Shown: in pieces, positions 1 to 12,939 of the stretch
Numbering within the stretch: the first letter of the stretch is position 1
Layout of the letters: the number at the start of each line of letters is the position of its first letter
Origin: Azolla caroliniana
Lineage: Eukaryota > Plantae > Polypodiophyta
NCBI GenBank assembly: GCA_043228905.1
Contig: JBHGNT010000022.1
Coordinates: forward strand, 7,998,001 to 8,062,000
Direction of reading: 5' to 3'
DNA: 64,000 nucleotides
Notes under the pieces: generated by a model
Seen by the model: the letters and a program-made list of their open reading frames with translations, nothing else
Databases searched by the model: none
What the model was told of the DNA's origin: nothing
Position numbers and translations under genes: made by a program

Positions 1-1030
1 TTGGTTGAAAAGGTGCATTTGTGTGTCGAACAAGCGCTTGCGCAAATAATGGGTGCTTGGGACATGAACCGACTCTCCTGCTTTTAAAGGGCTCTTGTGT
101 AATGGAGGAGTTTTTATGGATTCCAAGGAAACTCATGTTTTAGGTGCTCATGTAAAGAATGTGTGCGTGGGACATGAATCAATGCTCATGTTGAAGGTCC
201 AAAAGCGTTCATGGAATGAATCCACAATTGTGCATTGAATCTACAATAATAGATTGAACCCACAAAGGGTACTCTTGGGGATTCCACCAAGAGCCTTTTG
301 TGGAAAAAATCTACGAAACATGAATCAATGCCCCGACCCCACCCCCCTGCTACTTGTTGATGAGTAGCAAAGAAGAGGTTGGTTGGCGACTATTGCTACA
401 TCCATTGTGCCTCTATCACCGACCGATGCTAACATCACTTCTTGTTGCAGGTTATGTCACCCCTCACATTTATACACACAATGTATATGCACACTTCCAT
501 ATTTTGATAGATACATATATACATATACATAAATACATACACATCCATATATACCTACTTACATACACACACAAGTACACACGCACTAACATTGTATTTA
601 CTCAGACATACCTTGCACATTATCATTTATATGAACATTTACATAGACACACATACACAAAAATACTCTCATATACTTATGCAATCTTAAACCCATCCAT
701 TTACTAAAGCACCCCTAGACACTTGTCATTCCAATGGATGGATTATTGACATTGATGAGTTGTAATTTTAAAACAATGAGTGATTAATGCAAAGCAACAA
801 ATAGTTGGAAAGGACGAGTTGTTATTCTACTAATTCTCATTGGAGCCCCCTTGGCCTTCTCCAAATCCGGCGCCAATTTGATGGAATTAATTACAAAGCA
901 ACTATTATTATTACGTGGCTTCAAGAGCATTTACCAATCCTAGGCTAAACCTAGATTCGATACCACATTTAGGTTTCCAACAATTAATGCTCTTTTCAAT
1001 TCTTACCTTTCCCCCCCAAAGTTCTAACTT

Positions 1031-1270
1031 TTTTCTTTCTCTTTTTTTGTTATACTACTTTAACATTTTTTATTATCTTTTGGCTTGCCCGAACGCTACA
1101 ACTCACACGAAGTCATGTTTTATTAGCAGTACATAGTCCATCAGGGGGTGTACCGAATGGTACGAGTGAGATACATGCACAAGACCTTTTTAGGTACCAC
1201 ATGTATGTTGGTGCGAGGAGACTCGAACCTCCAACCTAGCGGTTGGAGTGTCCCCCCTTTACCATTACAT
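1031..1270 (-). mobile_element. tRNA-derived SINE
   Basis: Minus strand reads ATGTAATGGTAAAGG (A-box-like) ... GGTTCGAGTCTCC (B-box) ... A-rich tail. Flanked by the 17-bp direct repeat CCCCAAAGTTCTAACTT at 1014-1030 and 1271-1287. Confidence 0.85.
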
Positions 1271-3016
1271 CCCCAAAGTTCTAACTTCTATGTCACTTTC
1301 CTGTAAAACCCTAAATCCCCTACTGCCTAAAGTTCTAATGTTCTTACTCACCTTTCCTTCCTTTGTCACACTCACAAAGCATAATGCATTCGTGTTTTCT
1401 TGAACATTTTCACACACTGATACTTATCATTTGTGGATCCTTAATTACATGCAAATGTTATTTCTATACGCACAATCAAGTTCACATATACAAAATGTTT
1501 ACAATCAAGTAAATGTTTACAATTACCTCTATACAGAAATGTACATCAAAGCATGTGTCTACCTGCATGCAATTTCTATATATACATTTTTACCCATACA
1601 CTTTACATAATAATTATAAAGGATTTAAACTCACAAGTATAATTATTATGTAAAGATATGAATTTACGATGAGTAAGGTTCACATGCTAAAAAGGAAAGA
1701 AAATGATAAAATATTGTACATGCCAAAAAGCTAAATCAATGAATATTTCTATTGTACGCCGAAGCACTCCCTTGCTTTCTCAACTCATAGCATCTCAACC
1801 TACGTGGTCTTCCCATCCTGCAATCTCATCAAAGCACTTGGATATAGAATTTGCAGATGACACAGCGGTTTACTTGCAAGGGGACTTGGCAAACCTACAA
1901 AAGCTCGAAAGTGGGTTAGTCGTGTTTTGCAAGAGATCCAATGCCATGATCAATTGGCACAAATCTTGTACAATATGGTTTTCTTATGAAACACATCCTG
2001 CATGGCACCCACATCCCGCTTTCAAATGGATCAATCAAGGAGCGAGCACCAAATATTTGGGTTTCGAAATTGGTTTCAACATACCACCGGAGACTATGAT
2101 TGCACCCATTATCCATTCCATTCGACAAAAGTTGATACATTGGAGTTCGAAAAAGCTGCCGCTAGCGGGTCGCATCATAGTGGCAATCCAGGCACTACTC
2201 GCAACAACATGGTACAGTCAATCTCCAAGGAAAGTATACATCAGATTCAACGACTGGTACGCAACTACATTTGGTCTGGTAAGGAAGATCATGTAACTCG
2301 CGCCAAGGTGGTGTGGCCTATACTCACAACACCTAAGTCAAGAGGGGGATTGGGTCTTATTGATCCCCTCTCACAATCAAAAGCCTTGCCAAATTTGTGG
2401 TGTGAGGACTCCTACCAGGAAATGACTATTGGAAAATGCTATTGCGGTTACATTTTGCGTACTTTAGGCCACGAAAAGGTGTCAATTGGGCCCCCCAAAT
2501 GGCTTGGATTCTAAACATGGATCGCAAACCTAGTTTCTCCCGCCAATTGGAGGATAGATTCAGTGCATCAATGTAGAAGGCATGGTGTGACATTAGACGA
2601 GGGCTCAAGTGCGTTCAACCGAGTTCCGAACCTGCCTAGCTCAATCAATATATCCTATGGAACCCATGTATCAAAAGATGAATTTAATCAACTACTTGGA
2701 TCAAGTAAGGGGTTGTCATGGGGTTACATTGCAGAAGGTCCAAGAAAAACTATAGAATGTTGGAGACGGTTTATGTCACTGCCACTACAAGATCAAGCCA
2801 ACATACTCAATGGAATCAAGGGCGGATGGACTATGAGATCGGAAATCATTAACGCTCTATTGATTAGGGAAGCTTCTACTCAAAGAACAACAATGGAGAA
2901 ATGGATAGGATACGAGGAGGGATCATTGATGCAAGAGCCGGCTGCTCCAAAGGTTTGGCACACATATCAAGTTCCTCACACAAATATCACCAAGTTTTGG
3001 CAGAAATCCTGGAAAC

Positions 3017-3610
3017 TGTTGGGAGACAGGTCCCTCCGGATGGGAAGGGAGAAGAACAGTGCCAACGAACAATCTCGGCTGAGGCCGGAACCGGATGAGG
3101 AGTACCCGGCTACGGAGAGCCGGATGGTGCAGACCCAGTGAGGAGTGCTCACCGGATGAAGCGACATATTCGTAAATATGTTTCTGAGTGCCCATCGTGG
3201 CTATATTTGTAAATAGCCGAAAAGTCATATTGGTATAAATATGACTTAGGGCAAACCTTTTTTTATGAGAGTGGTTGTTATTCTTGTTGGTGCAAGAAGA
3301 GAGACAACGCGTAACAGTGTATAGAGAATGAGAGGAAGAGGTTGCTGCCTCTGTTGTAACCGCCGCCTGTGGCGAAGATCGTGAGCACGAGGTCGTTGCC
3401 TCCGTGAACTCACTGTTGTACATTCTAACATAGTGATAGTTTGCAGCCCGTGGGCTGCCGTGGTTTTTCCCTTAGTTTGGGTTTTCCACGTAAACATCCT
3501 GTGTCATTTTTCTCTTCTTTGTGTCGTGCATTTATTTCCCGTTTTCTGTGTATGATTTTAAGCTCGGTTGTGGCCGAGCATTGCGCATAAGGAGCGTTTA
3601 GTTCCCGTCA
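3017..3610 (+). mobile_element. solo LTR of the copia family at 21056-26396
   Basis: TG...CA ends; TSD GAAAC at 3012-3016 and 3611-3615; clearly similar to the reverse complement of LTRs 21056-21632 and 25735-26396. Confidence 0.9.
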
Positions 3611-4238
3611 GAAACAACAACACACAAGGCGAATTACCACGTTCCAATGGCTATTAAGACATAAGTCACTACTTGTGGGAACCTTAGCTCTCGTAATTGT
3701 GTAGAGTGTCCAAATGCAGTAGAATCAATGTGACACACTCAATGGGACTGCCCAATGTCCCATCGAATATGGCGGGGGGTTGACCGCTTGTTGTAATTAT
3801 GCTAGGTGCAAGGCTCAATCAAGTGGGGAAATATATATTGGCTATTATGACAGATATCAACATCATGAGGAGGGGATGACTTTGGTGATAAAAGCACAAG
3901 AGGTTTTTTTGTCCACCATCGCCAATGTCCACTCAACTCCTCTTAATGACAAATCTCAAGTTGTGTTGGAATTGGTCATCCCAATAACTCTTTGGATTCT
4001 TTGGTAACAGTGGTGTAGACGGGTCTTCTCCAACCAAACCGCGCATCCAACAATGTTACCGCAAGAGATATGGAGTGAAATTGTAGCCACTCTAAAGAGC
4101 CAATATGATGGCCACAAGGGCGGCACTGATGGAGTTGAAAGACAATGAATAGCCTTCATCCAACAATGGTCGTCCTCTCCCTTTATTGAGTCAGTGGGCA
4201 TCCACATAAGATGGAACTATCGCGTCCCTACAAGGATT

Positions 4239-7200
4239 TGTTGTTCGGTCAACAATTGCTATTTAGCCGACACAGTATAAGATGAACGTTCGTATCGAAT
4301 GTTCTATCAAGAAGTTGTGGTTAGACAAGTAGATACGAATTATCTGTAACTTATCGGTGACAACAAACACCGAGATCGTGACTTATGTAATATAGTTTAG
4401 ACAGAAATAAATAGATGACAAGAAGCACTCCGTACACAGAGATTTCCTAACCAAACTCCTGGCCGATGTAAAATGTCGAATTCGAATTCTTGGAGAAGAA
4501 GAGTCCATCGTGCTAACTTGCCAGTTAACTCTTGTTTCGAGACCAAATAAAGGAGAGCCGAATGATCAACATGAAATGTAAACTTTTTCCCCAAAAGATA
4601 GTGTCGAAACTTATTGACACTACAGATCATTCCTAAAGGTTCCCTCTCAATGGTAGAGTAATTTCTTTCTGCTCTCGAGAGTTTCCAACTAGCATAGTAA
4701 ATTGGCATGTACCAATTCGGTTTGGTTAACTGCATTAATGCACTTCTGATTGCGATGTCCGATGCGTCGACAAAAACATGGAATGGCTTATTCCAATCAG
4801 GTGGTTGAACAACTGGAACTTTGGACAACATTTTCTTCAGACAATCATATGCGTCGTATTCCACACTTGTCCACTAAAAAGGAACTTTGTGTACTGTTGT
4901 ATGTAAGGGAATGGTGATATCCGCAAGATATCTTATCATTCGGTTGTGCCATCTTATCTGCCCCAAAAACCAACTGAGAGCTTTAGAATTTGTGGGTGCC
5001 GGTGCTTCGAGTATGGCTTTTTAACCTTGTCAGAGTCCACTGCAATTCCTTCCTGACTGACAATATGGCCTAATAATGTGCCACTAGTGAGCTCGAATGC
5101 ACATTTAGCTGGATTTAAACTAAGTCGTCCTTCCCAACATTTCTCCAAACATAGTCGTAAATGCTCAAAATGTTTGGTTTTCCAACTATAAACAACAAAA
5201 TCATCCAAGAATACTTGGATAAATGCAGGAATGTAATTCCCAAATATTTCCTGTATCACTCTCTGAAATGTCTCCGGAGCGGTCTTCAAGCCAAACATCA
5301 TTACTACTGCAACAAACACTCCCCATTCTGTAACAAAAGCTGTCTTTTCTTGATCTTCCGGATTCATCCGAACCTGATTATAACCACTAAAACCATCTAG
5401 GAAACTATATACTTCACGGCCAACTACCGCATCCAATATACCATCCGTAAATGGTAATGGAAACGCATCCGTAATGGTAGCCGCATTTAGTTTCTGGTAG
5501 TCGACACATACCCGAATTTTGCCATTCTTTTTCGGAACCACGACGATTGGACTTAACCATGTAGATTTTTTCACCGGACGAATAAACCGTACTTTCAAAA
5601 GTTTATCTATTTCTTCTTTAAATTTAATAGCATAATTAGGATTTAATCGGTACCTGCATTGTTGAACCGGCTTTGCATCCTTATGCAAGTTGATTTGATG
5701 TTGACAAAAACCTAGATCTAGTCCCTTCATATCTTCAAAAGACCAGGCAAAGACATCCTTATATTGCTTTAATAATGTGGTTAACCTTTGTTTGTCTGCT
5801 TCTATCATATCCTTAGCAATGAGTACTATTTTGAACTCATTGTCCTGATCTTCTTCTGCCAAATTTACTTCCTCCAATGCTGAAGCTTGAACTCGTTGGG
5901 ACACTTTCATCTCTCTATCGGTAGCTTCTTGCTAGAGTCGTATTTCCTTCATTGCTTGCTCATGTATTGGCAATTCCTCCTGGGAATCCACATATGACGT
6001 CAAGGCTCGTAAAATATCTACTTCGAACAAAGGAATGATTTTCGGATTATCATCAAAATACTGATTTTCTTCGACCTCGTCTAATCCTTCCATCATATTG
6101 ACGGACTCCGCATACACAGGCAAACACTGTTTGCTTGTCGCAACCTTGTTCTGTGTCGAAACCCGGATTTTCGTTTTGCCTTTTTCTGAATGTTAGTTGA
6201 TTCTGATTCCAATTCTGCTTGATGTTAGCAGTTTTTAACCACGGTCGTCCTAATAACAAAGGATATGCACCAGGAGCTTCCAAATGAAGAATAACTGCAG
6301 ATATCAGAAAACTATGACCAACCAATACCACCTCTAATTGGCGGAGTAAACCAATTGGTCGTACCGTAGTGGTATCCGCCATTCTGAGCCAAAATGGGCA
6401 ACCTTCCCATTTAGTAATGTCCAACCTATCACAGGTGGTTTTATTAATGACACTCACTCCTGAGCCCCCATCGATAATCGTATTTTCAATTTCTTGACCT
6501 TGAATTATTACCTTAATTGATGGATTTTGCTCATCCATGATTGAAGGGTTGGTGCTCGGTTGACTATAGTTTATCGATACTTGTTCTGACCCCTTTTGGG
6601 TAATCAATGTCACCACTTTTTCGGTAAATCTAGGCATCAACTTGAGTAATCCGGTCAGTGGTAATGACACTTGGCATTCTGCCAAGAGCTTCCAAGCTTC
6701 CTCTTGTTCTGGTACAGGAATCACTCCTGGTAATTCAGTAGCTTGGTCAATGTCATTGTCTTGGAGCATCCGGTTTACATTATTTCTGTTTGCTTCCTCT
6801 ACCCATTCCTTAGCTGCTTTCCAGACTACTTCCTGAATCTCCCACTCGGATTGTTTACTTTTGCTTCTAGTGGTTACTTGTTGTATTTCCGATATAACCA
6901 TATTAACCGCCGATCCTTTCCCTTTAGCAGGGCACTGATTAGCATAATGACAAGTTTGATGGCAAATATAGCAAGTAGGAACAAACGTTCCACTTCCCTC
7001 GCCTTGCTCAAACTGACTAGTTCCATCATTTTGCATAAACTGTTGACCATCATTCAGCGATTACTGAAACTGTCGTGAGGCTTTCGGTTTGTAAATTTTT
7101 TTGGTTTTATATCGGTTCTATTTAAACCGACCTCCATTTTGCTGTTGCTGATGCATATTCGATGATACCGAGAATTCTTGATTTTGATGAAAATTATTTT

Positions 7201-8867
7201 GTTGAAAATCTTGATTGTACTGAAAATTACTTTGTTGGAAAGACTGATTATTTTGTTGAAAAGCTGGATTTTGCTGGAATTTATTTTGCTGAAAGGTTTG
7301 ATTGTTTTGAAAATTATTTTGTTGAGCTTGTGGGAGACTATTTTGTTGCTATCCATTATTGAACGAATTCTGTTTATTGTGGTACCCATTTTCCAGAAAC
7401 ATTTGTCTTACCGGAGCCATCGTTTTATTAAGCAAGTTATACTCACATTGCTCGACCGAATGAAGTTTAGAATGACATATTGTGCAATGTGTTCATAGAC
7501 TACACTCGATCGTGGAATGATCAGTATTTAAACAAGTAGTACACTGAACTGCTTGTCGAAATTGTAACTCCTCCATTGTTGGCAGTGTACGATTTAGTGT
7601 TGACATATCCATACTCCGTACATTTATCGGTTGTCGGCCCATAGCGATTGCCTTATCAATCACTTGCTCGATATTCTGATTCCGGAAATCAAACACCTTT
7701 AGTATTGTTCGTAATGGTTCCCGAATTGCTTCAAGGAATACATCCTTCAATTCATCGTCCGGAATAGGCCTACAAATTTGCAGTTGCAAATTCTGAAAAC
7801 GAATCACGAATTGAGACACTGTTTCCTGCTACTCCTAATACAACGCATAAAATTGCTCTATCAAGTCTTTTTGAGGTATTTGACGATCAAATAACTGTAG
7901 AAATTTACTGTTCAATTGTTCAAATGTTTCGAACCCACAGAGACCATTTTGCGCAAACCAATTAGCGGAATAACCCTCCAATGACAAAACGAACTCAGCA
8001 ATCTTTGACTTATCTTCGGCTGCCGCCGACAGTCTCTAAGCTCCATGGTTAATCTCCCATGTTGTTAGAAAATCCCTCACATGCGCTTCTGCATAAGCTC
8101 CCTCGTGGAACTTTGAGTACGGATAAGGAATATTGTCCTCACTCCAGATATTGTAAAATGATACCTCTTCCGACTGATTTTCATCGGAAGACTGGCTATC
8201 AGTTAAATCAGGAAGTACGGACCACCTTCTACTTGTTTCCTGCTGTAATCCCTCAGCCGATTCTATCTCTAGCGTCTTTGTAACAGAACGTGTACAAGGA
8301 CGTTTACAACCGACTGGTGTATTCGGACTAGACGACATCCATTCTTCTTGTTCTCTGCTATGAGCAGATGTAACCGGGCATGCCAAAATTACACTATTTT
8401 GTTCAGTCGACAGTTGCTATTTGGCCGACACAGTATAAGACGAACGTTTGTATCGAACGTTCTATCAAGAAGTTGTGGTTAGACGAGTAGATACGAATTA
8501 TCTTTAACTTATCGGTGATAACAGACACCGAGATCGTGACTTATGTAATATAGTTTAGATAGAAATAAATAGATGACAAGAAGCACTCCGTACACAGAGA
8601 TTTCCTAACCAAACTTTATATTACTAAATACAACGATAGATTTTTACAATGCCTTCGGTTCCTTTTATAGGTAACCTGAAGGTCTTTTCTCATCAAGAAA
8701 TACTACTGCTTATACTTAACAAGAATTAGAAAACTTCGTAACTAACTATGTCCTATTCGGCTATTTGCTGAGTCATCGATCCGAACTGTCGATCCGAACT
8801 GTCGATCCGACTTTGAACATCTTTCCGATTCCGACGCATCCAAGTAATAGGATTTGTCCAAGTAATA
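4239..8867 (-). mobile_element. Ty3/gypsy LTR retrotransposon, integrase deleted
   Basis: 5' LTR ~8398-8867; partial 3' LTR 4239-4457; TSD GGATT (4234-4238, 8868-8872); PBS TGGCATGCCCGGT (tRNA-Arg-like). Frameshifted gag/CCHC, protease (IDGGSG), RT (FLDD) and RNase H ORFs; RNase H is fused directly to LTR sequence at ~4457. Confidence 0.9.
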
Positions 8868-9991
8868 GGATTTGTACATAATAATCTCATTTGTAAAATT
8901 TTATAACTAATGGAAGAAGTTTTTCTTTTGGAAAGAAATAAAAATAAAAAATCAATGAATATTAATAAGATAATACATTCATACACGGGAGGGGTAATAA
9001 TTCATGACATTATGTTGAGAGAAAGGGGTATGTGGTGCAATATTCACATGGCTTCCATCAATGGATTATGTCCTCCACACATGTATTAGTATATAAAGAC
9101 ACATAGGTCCTCTCATTTAACATCTTATCCACAAACAATGTAAATTCAATTTCCTTCACTACTTTTTAAGCATTCCATATGGTGGAGAATGATAAACATT
9201 GACACCTTAAGATTACGACTTTTCACATACTCTTACTGTTCCCAAGTACCATAATTCTCATAAACATTGCCTCCACTTTCTCCCCCAAAAAATGTCTCCA
9301 AGAAGGGACAATAGAATATATATGATAATTCCTTCAGAAGACACAACTTGAGTGTAACCACAATGGTCGATTTCCATACTATTTATACTCATTGCTTTCA
9401 ATGTATATACAATTTTATAAATATGAATCATTATTCCAATGAATTCGTAGTTGTACTTATTGTGTTTAAAATTCGTAATACTACTAAATTCAACGAAGTC
9501 ACTCCTTTGTCCAGACTAATATGGACAACTACACCTCTAGTGTTAAGTTTATGGGGTTATTTGTTGTGCTTAATTTTTTCATGACTATTGAATTCAATGG
9601 AGTCAATCCTACGTCAGTGCTACATTGAACAACATATCACACTTGACTACTATGTGCTCGAGAGTCGAATACTGATGCAGGCCAGTCTTAATATAGATAT
9701 TCATATCACTATATGGAAGAATGTGAAAACGGATACTCAAGTCGGTCCCCAATTGTAGCTTTGGACAACATTTAACGTCACCATGTAGATGTACCTTCAT
9801 TTCTTTTAAAACAGATATCATGATGTGGAGATTATTACTTCCATGTTGAAACACACTACTACTCTCAGTTCGGTTTGGCAATAACCGATGTTACAATGTA
9901 GCTATATCACTCGATTCAATGCCCAAATTACTTTCCATCCCAATCACCCCAAAGCATGTCTCCTGGAAGCATCTCTCTTTGCTAATCATCC

Positions 9992-10138
9992 CACATACCA
10001 ATTAGAATTAGAATTTTTATCGTCCATAAAGAGGCCAATTGGAGTGAATTCACATGGGAAAATTCACATACCAATTAGAATTAGAATTTGTATCGTCCAT
10101 AAAGAGGCCAAATGGAGTGAATTCCCATGGGAAAATTT
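9992..10138. repeat. two-copy ~74-bp tandem duplication upstream of the UGT start
   Basis: CACATACCAATTAGAATTAGAATTT..TATCGTCCATAAAGAGGCCAA..GGAGTGAATTC.CATGGG occurs at 9992 and 10066. Confidence 0.85.
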
Positions 10139-10257
10139 GTGACACAAGTACACTCAATGAACTAGCCGAAGTGCGAAGAGGATTAAGGGTTCTCTAACAA
10201 ATAAATACCCCATAAGTTGTGAGTGAGAACCATAATTTAACACCTTCAAAGAGAGCC

Positions 10258-10792
10258 ATGGTACTAGAGCTGGTCACGCCGGCGGCCCCCCGGAAGCCGC
10301 ACGTGCTACTTTTCCCGTTCCCAGAACAAGGCCACATCAATCCTCTCTTAGACATAGCCTTCCGGTTAAGCACACCCGGCATATTGTCCACGTTTCTAAT
10401 GCCTGCCCATTTCGCTACCCACCATGGCGAATCGGCACCCGAGGAAAACCTCCAGTTTGCCGCCTTAGACCTCCCGCCCGAGACCACCCATAAGTTGTTG
10501 GCCTGCGTAGGCTCGTGGAAGGCAACCTCTGAGATCTTGGCAACTCACTTCCTGGGTCCTCTCCGGAGCTTCATTCTCTCCTCCGCCAAGGCAAGTAGTG
10601 GCTACCATGACCTTCTTCCGCCCCCCCCTATTTCTTGCCTCATTTCAGACACTTTCATGCCATGGACGGTTGATCTGGCCAGTGATCTTGGCATCCCTCA
10701 TGTGGAGATGTGGACAGGCTCTGCATCCACTTATGTGTTCGGCTCCTCCATATTACAACTCATCTCAATGGGCATCTTACCCTTCAAACAAG

Positions 10793-10828
<36 letters not shown>

Positions 10829-11548
10829 TACATTTCATCCCATCTTCTATACATACATACTCAATTCTGATTCTTCTCCATCAGGCACACACGATTTCCC
10901 GCTGGACTTTGTGCCCGGCATCTTGACATCTAGATTGAGCCATCTCCCTATCCACACCCTCACAAACGAGGATCTCACTCGCCCAACTGAACAAGCCATA
11001 TTTTGATCTTTCGCACACGGCCGGCCCGATCCCAAATGGGTCCTCGTGAATTCCTTGCACGAGCTCAAGGCCGGGGCCATCGAAGCCTTGAGAGCGAAGA
11101 ATGTGAAAATCATGGCCATCGGCCCAACTCTAGGTGTGAGTCTTTGCAAGGACCTTGTGGATGAGACTCAACTCCAATGCTTGCGGTGGCTCGATTCTCG
11201 TGAAGAGAAATCGGTTGTGTATGTGGCATTTGGGTCGTTGGGATTCTTATCCGCGGAGGAGATACAAGAGGTAGCGGCCACATTGGAGGCAGTCGGCTGG
11301 CCATTCCTATGGGTGATTCACCAAGGATTGGCTACTGAATCGCTCCCGGAGAATTTCCGCCCCGGTCTCCTTCCAACGAAGAAAGGCCTCATAGTATCGT
11401 GGGCACCTCAAAGGCAAGTGTTAGAACACCGATCAATTGGAGCTTTTGTGACCCATTGCGGGTGGAATTCCTCGTTAGAGAGCCAGTGGAATGGGGTTCC
11501 GATGGTCGGGTGCCCTCGTATGGCGGAGCAAAACACGAACTTGTGGCT
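10258..11548 (+). pseudogene. family-1 UDP-glycosyltransferase pseudogene
   Basis: N-terminal PHVLLFPFPEQGHINP; GT-AG intron ~10792-10884 containing (CT)n; in-frame TGA at 11004-11006; full PSPG box WAPQRQVLEHRSIGAFVTHCGWNSSLES...AEQ; C-terminus replaced by LINE sequence after ~11548. Confidence 0.9.
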
Positions 11549-11569
11549 CAACCACACGATGGTCGGGTA

Positions 11570-12591
11570 CAACCACACGAGTGATAACACCTTAATCTCT
11601 CATGAGAACCGCAATAAAGTAATACGCCAAGAAATATGGCAAATTTACACTCGGTGTAAATGGATCCCCCACTAGAGCCACTCCCATCTAAAATGTCGTA
11701 CTATAAGAAACACTTCATGCACTTCTCTGAGTTAGGTTTTATCACACGGCCAAAATATCTAGATGTATTCTTACCACATGCACTAAGGGTTGCCATTGGA
11801 CAACTTAGAATATCATCTCACCAACTTTAGATTGAAAATGGCCGTACTAGTGGAGTCCCTAGGGAGGAAAGGATATGTAGGTCATGTCACATAGAGATAG
11901 AGGATGAGTACCACTTTACATGCAAGTGTCCAACCTATGCCGAGATAAGGGCAAAATACCAAGACATACTTGGTCCGTCTCCCACCCTCCCCAAACTATT
12001 AGATACTCTAGATATAAAGAAATTAGGCAAATACATTCTAGAGCTAAACCAACACAGAGAGAATAAATTACAAAATGTTGACAATAATGTTGCTAATGAT
12101 CACGAACATGTAACAAATGCAGTTTTTCAGGAACCTGAGGAGACAACGAATGCCGACACACTTGCACCACTCGGCCTTTCCATTGATGAGGCAGAAAACC
12201 AGAGAAGAACCAGACGTCCTCGGGTGCCGGGTTTCAAAGCAACTCAACGTGATGTGGAAGCAATATTGAAAATAAGGGAACGTGAGCTACACCGCCTAGA
12301 AGCCATGGCTAGGGCACTCTCTACATTGGAACCCACATCAAGACCCTTTGACCCCCCACTTCTTTTCGAGAGGCTTGGGTGGAAATAAAATTAGGCTTAG
12401 TGTATAGTCACTTTCGACTATACTACATATTGTACACTACTAGAACTCTTTTAGTTTAAGTTCTATTTTTTTTACTTAATTTTTTTTTTAGTTATGATGA
12501 CTGGATAAATACTCTATTGTTGTAAACCAATTGTCTCATGGGCCAAATTTGGCCTTAGAAGACGTTAATACATCTTTCTTTCTTCTTCTTT
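11570..12591 (+). mobile_element. 3' fragment of a non-LTR retrotransposon (RTE-X/L2-like C-terminal CCHC region)
   Basis: Translates to LRISSHQL*IENGR..PREERICRSC..EDEYHFTCKCPTY..IR; ends in (TTC/TTTC)n. A second short copy of the same 3' end lies at ~12825-12880. Confidence 0.7.
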
Positions 12592-12939
12592 CTACCCCTA
12601 AATAAAAGTGTGGGTGATAGGTATTGTATTTATCCAAACCTTACCCTCACTATTAGAGCAACGTGCTAAATGTTTCTTCAAAACGTATAGTATTGTGTGG
12701 TTCATTGGTTAGGTCATCCATGGAAATCCCCACATTCCGAACTCTTCTCTTATTAATCTACTATTCTCTCTCTCTCTCTCTCTTTCTCTAAGACGAGAAA
12801 ACACTCAAGATGTAATCTCTTATTTGGTCTTATAGGCCATTTTGGCCTCTTAAAAGACGTTAATATATCTTTCTTTCTTTCTCTCCCTCTCTCCCTTTTC
12901 GGTGAAAACACACAATTATATTAATAAATGTGTGTAAAA

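Larger units (their letters stand above)
1748..8948 (+). mobile_element. 5'-truncated L1/Tx1-like LINE (RT end + zf-RVT), interrupted by a solo LTR and a gypsy element
   Basis: FADDT RT motif, KYLG, GGLGL and CxxC...HxxxxC fragments, all frameshifted. A-rich tail at 8930-8948. 15-bp TSD AAATCAATGAATATT at 1733-1747 and 8949-8963. Confidence 0.85.

Noticed and set aside
354-707. His/Tyr/Thr-rich ORF
   Set aside because: Product of (CA/TA)-rich low-complexity sequence; no domain signal.
1200-1275. functional tRNA gene
   Set aside because: No proper cloverleaf acceptor/D-stem; followed by body, tail and TSD typical of a SINE.
7140-7360. ORFs over the 27-bp periodic tract
   Set aside because: Low-complexity Q/N-rich linker of the gypsy gag; the overlapping ORFs are artefacts.
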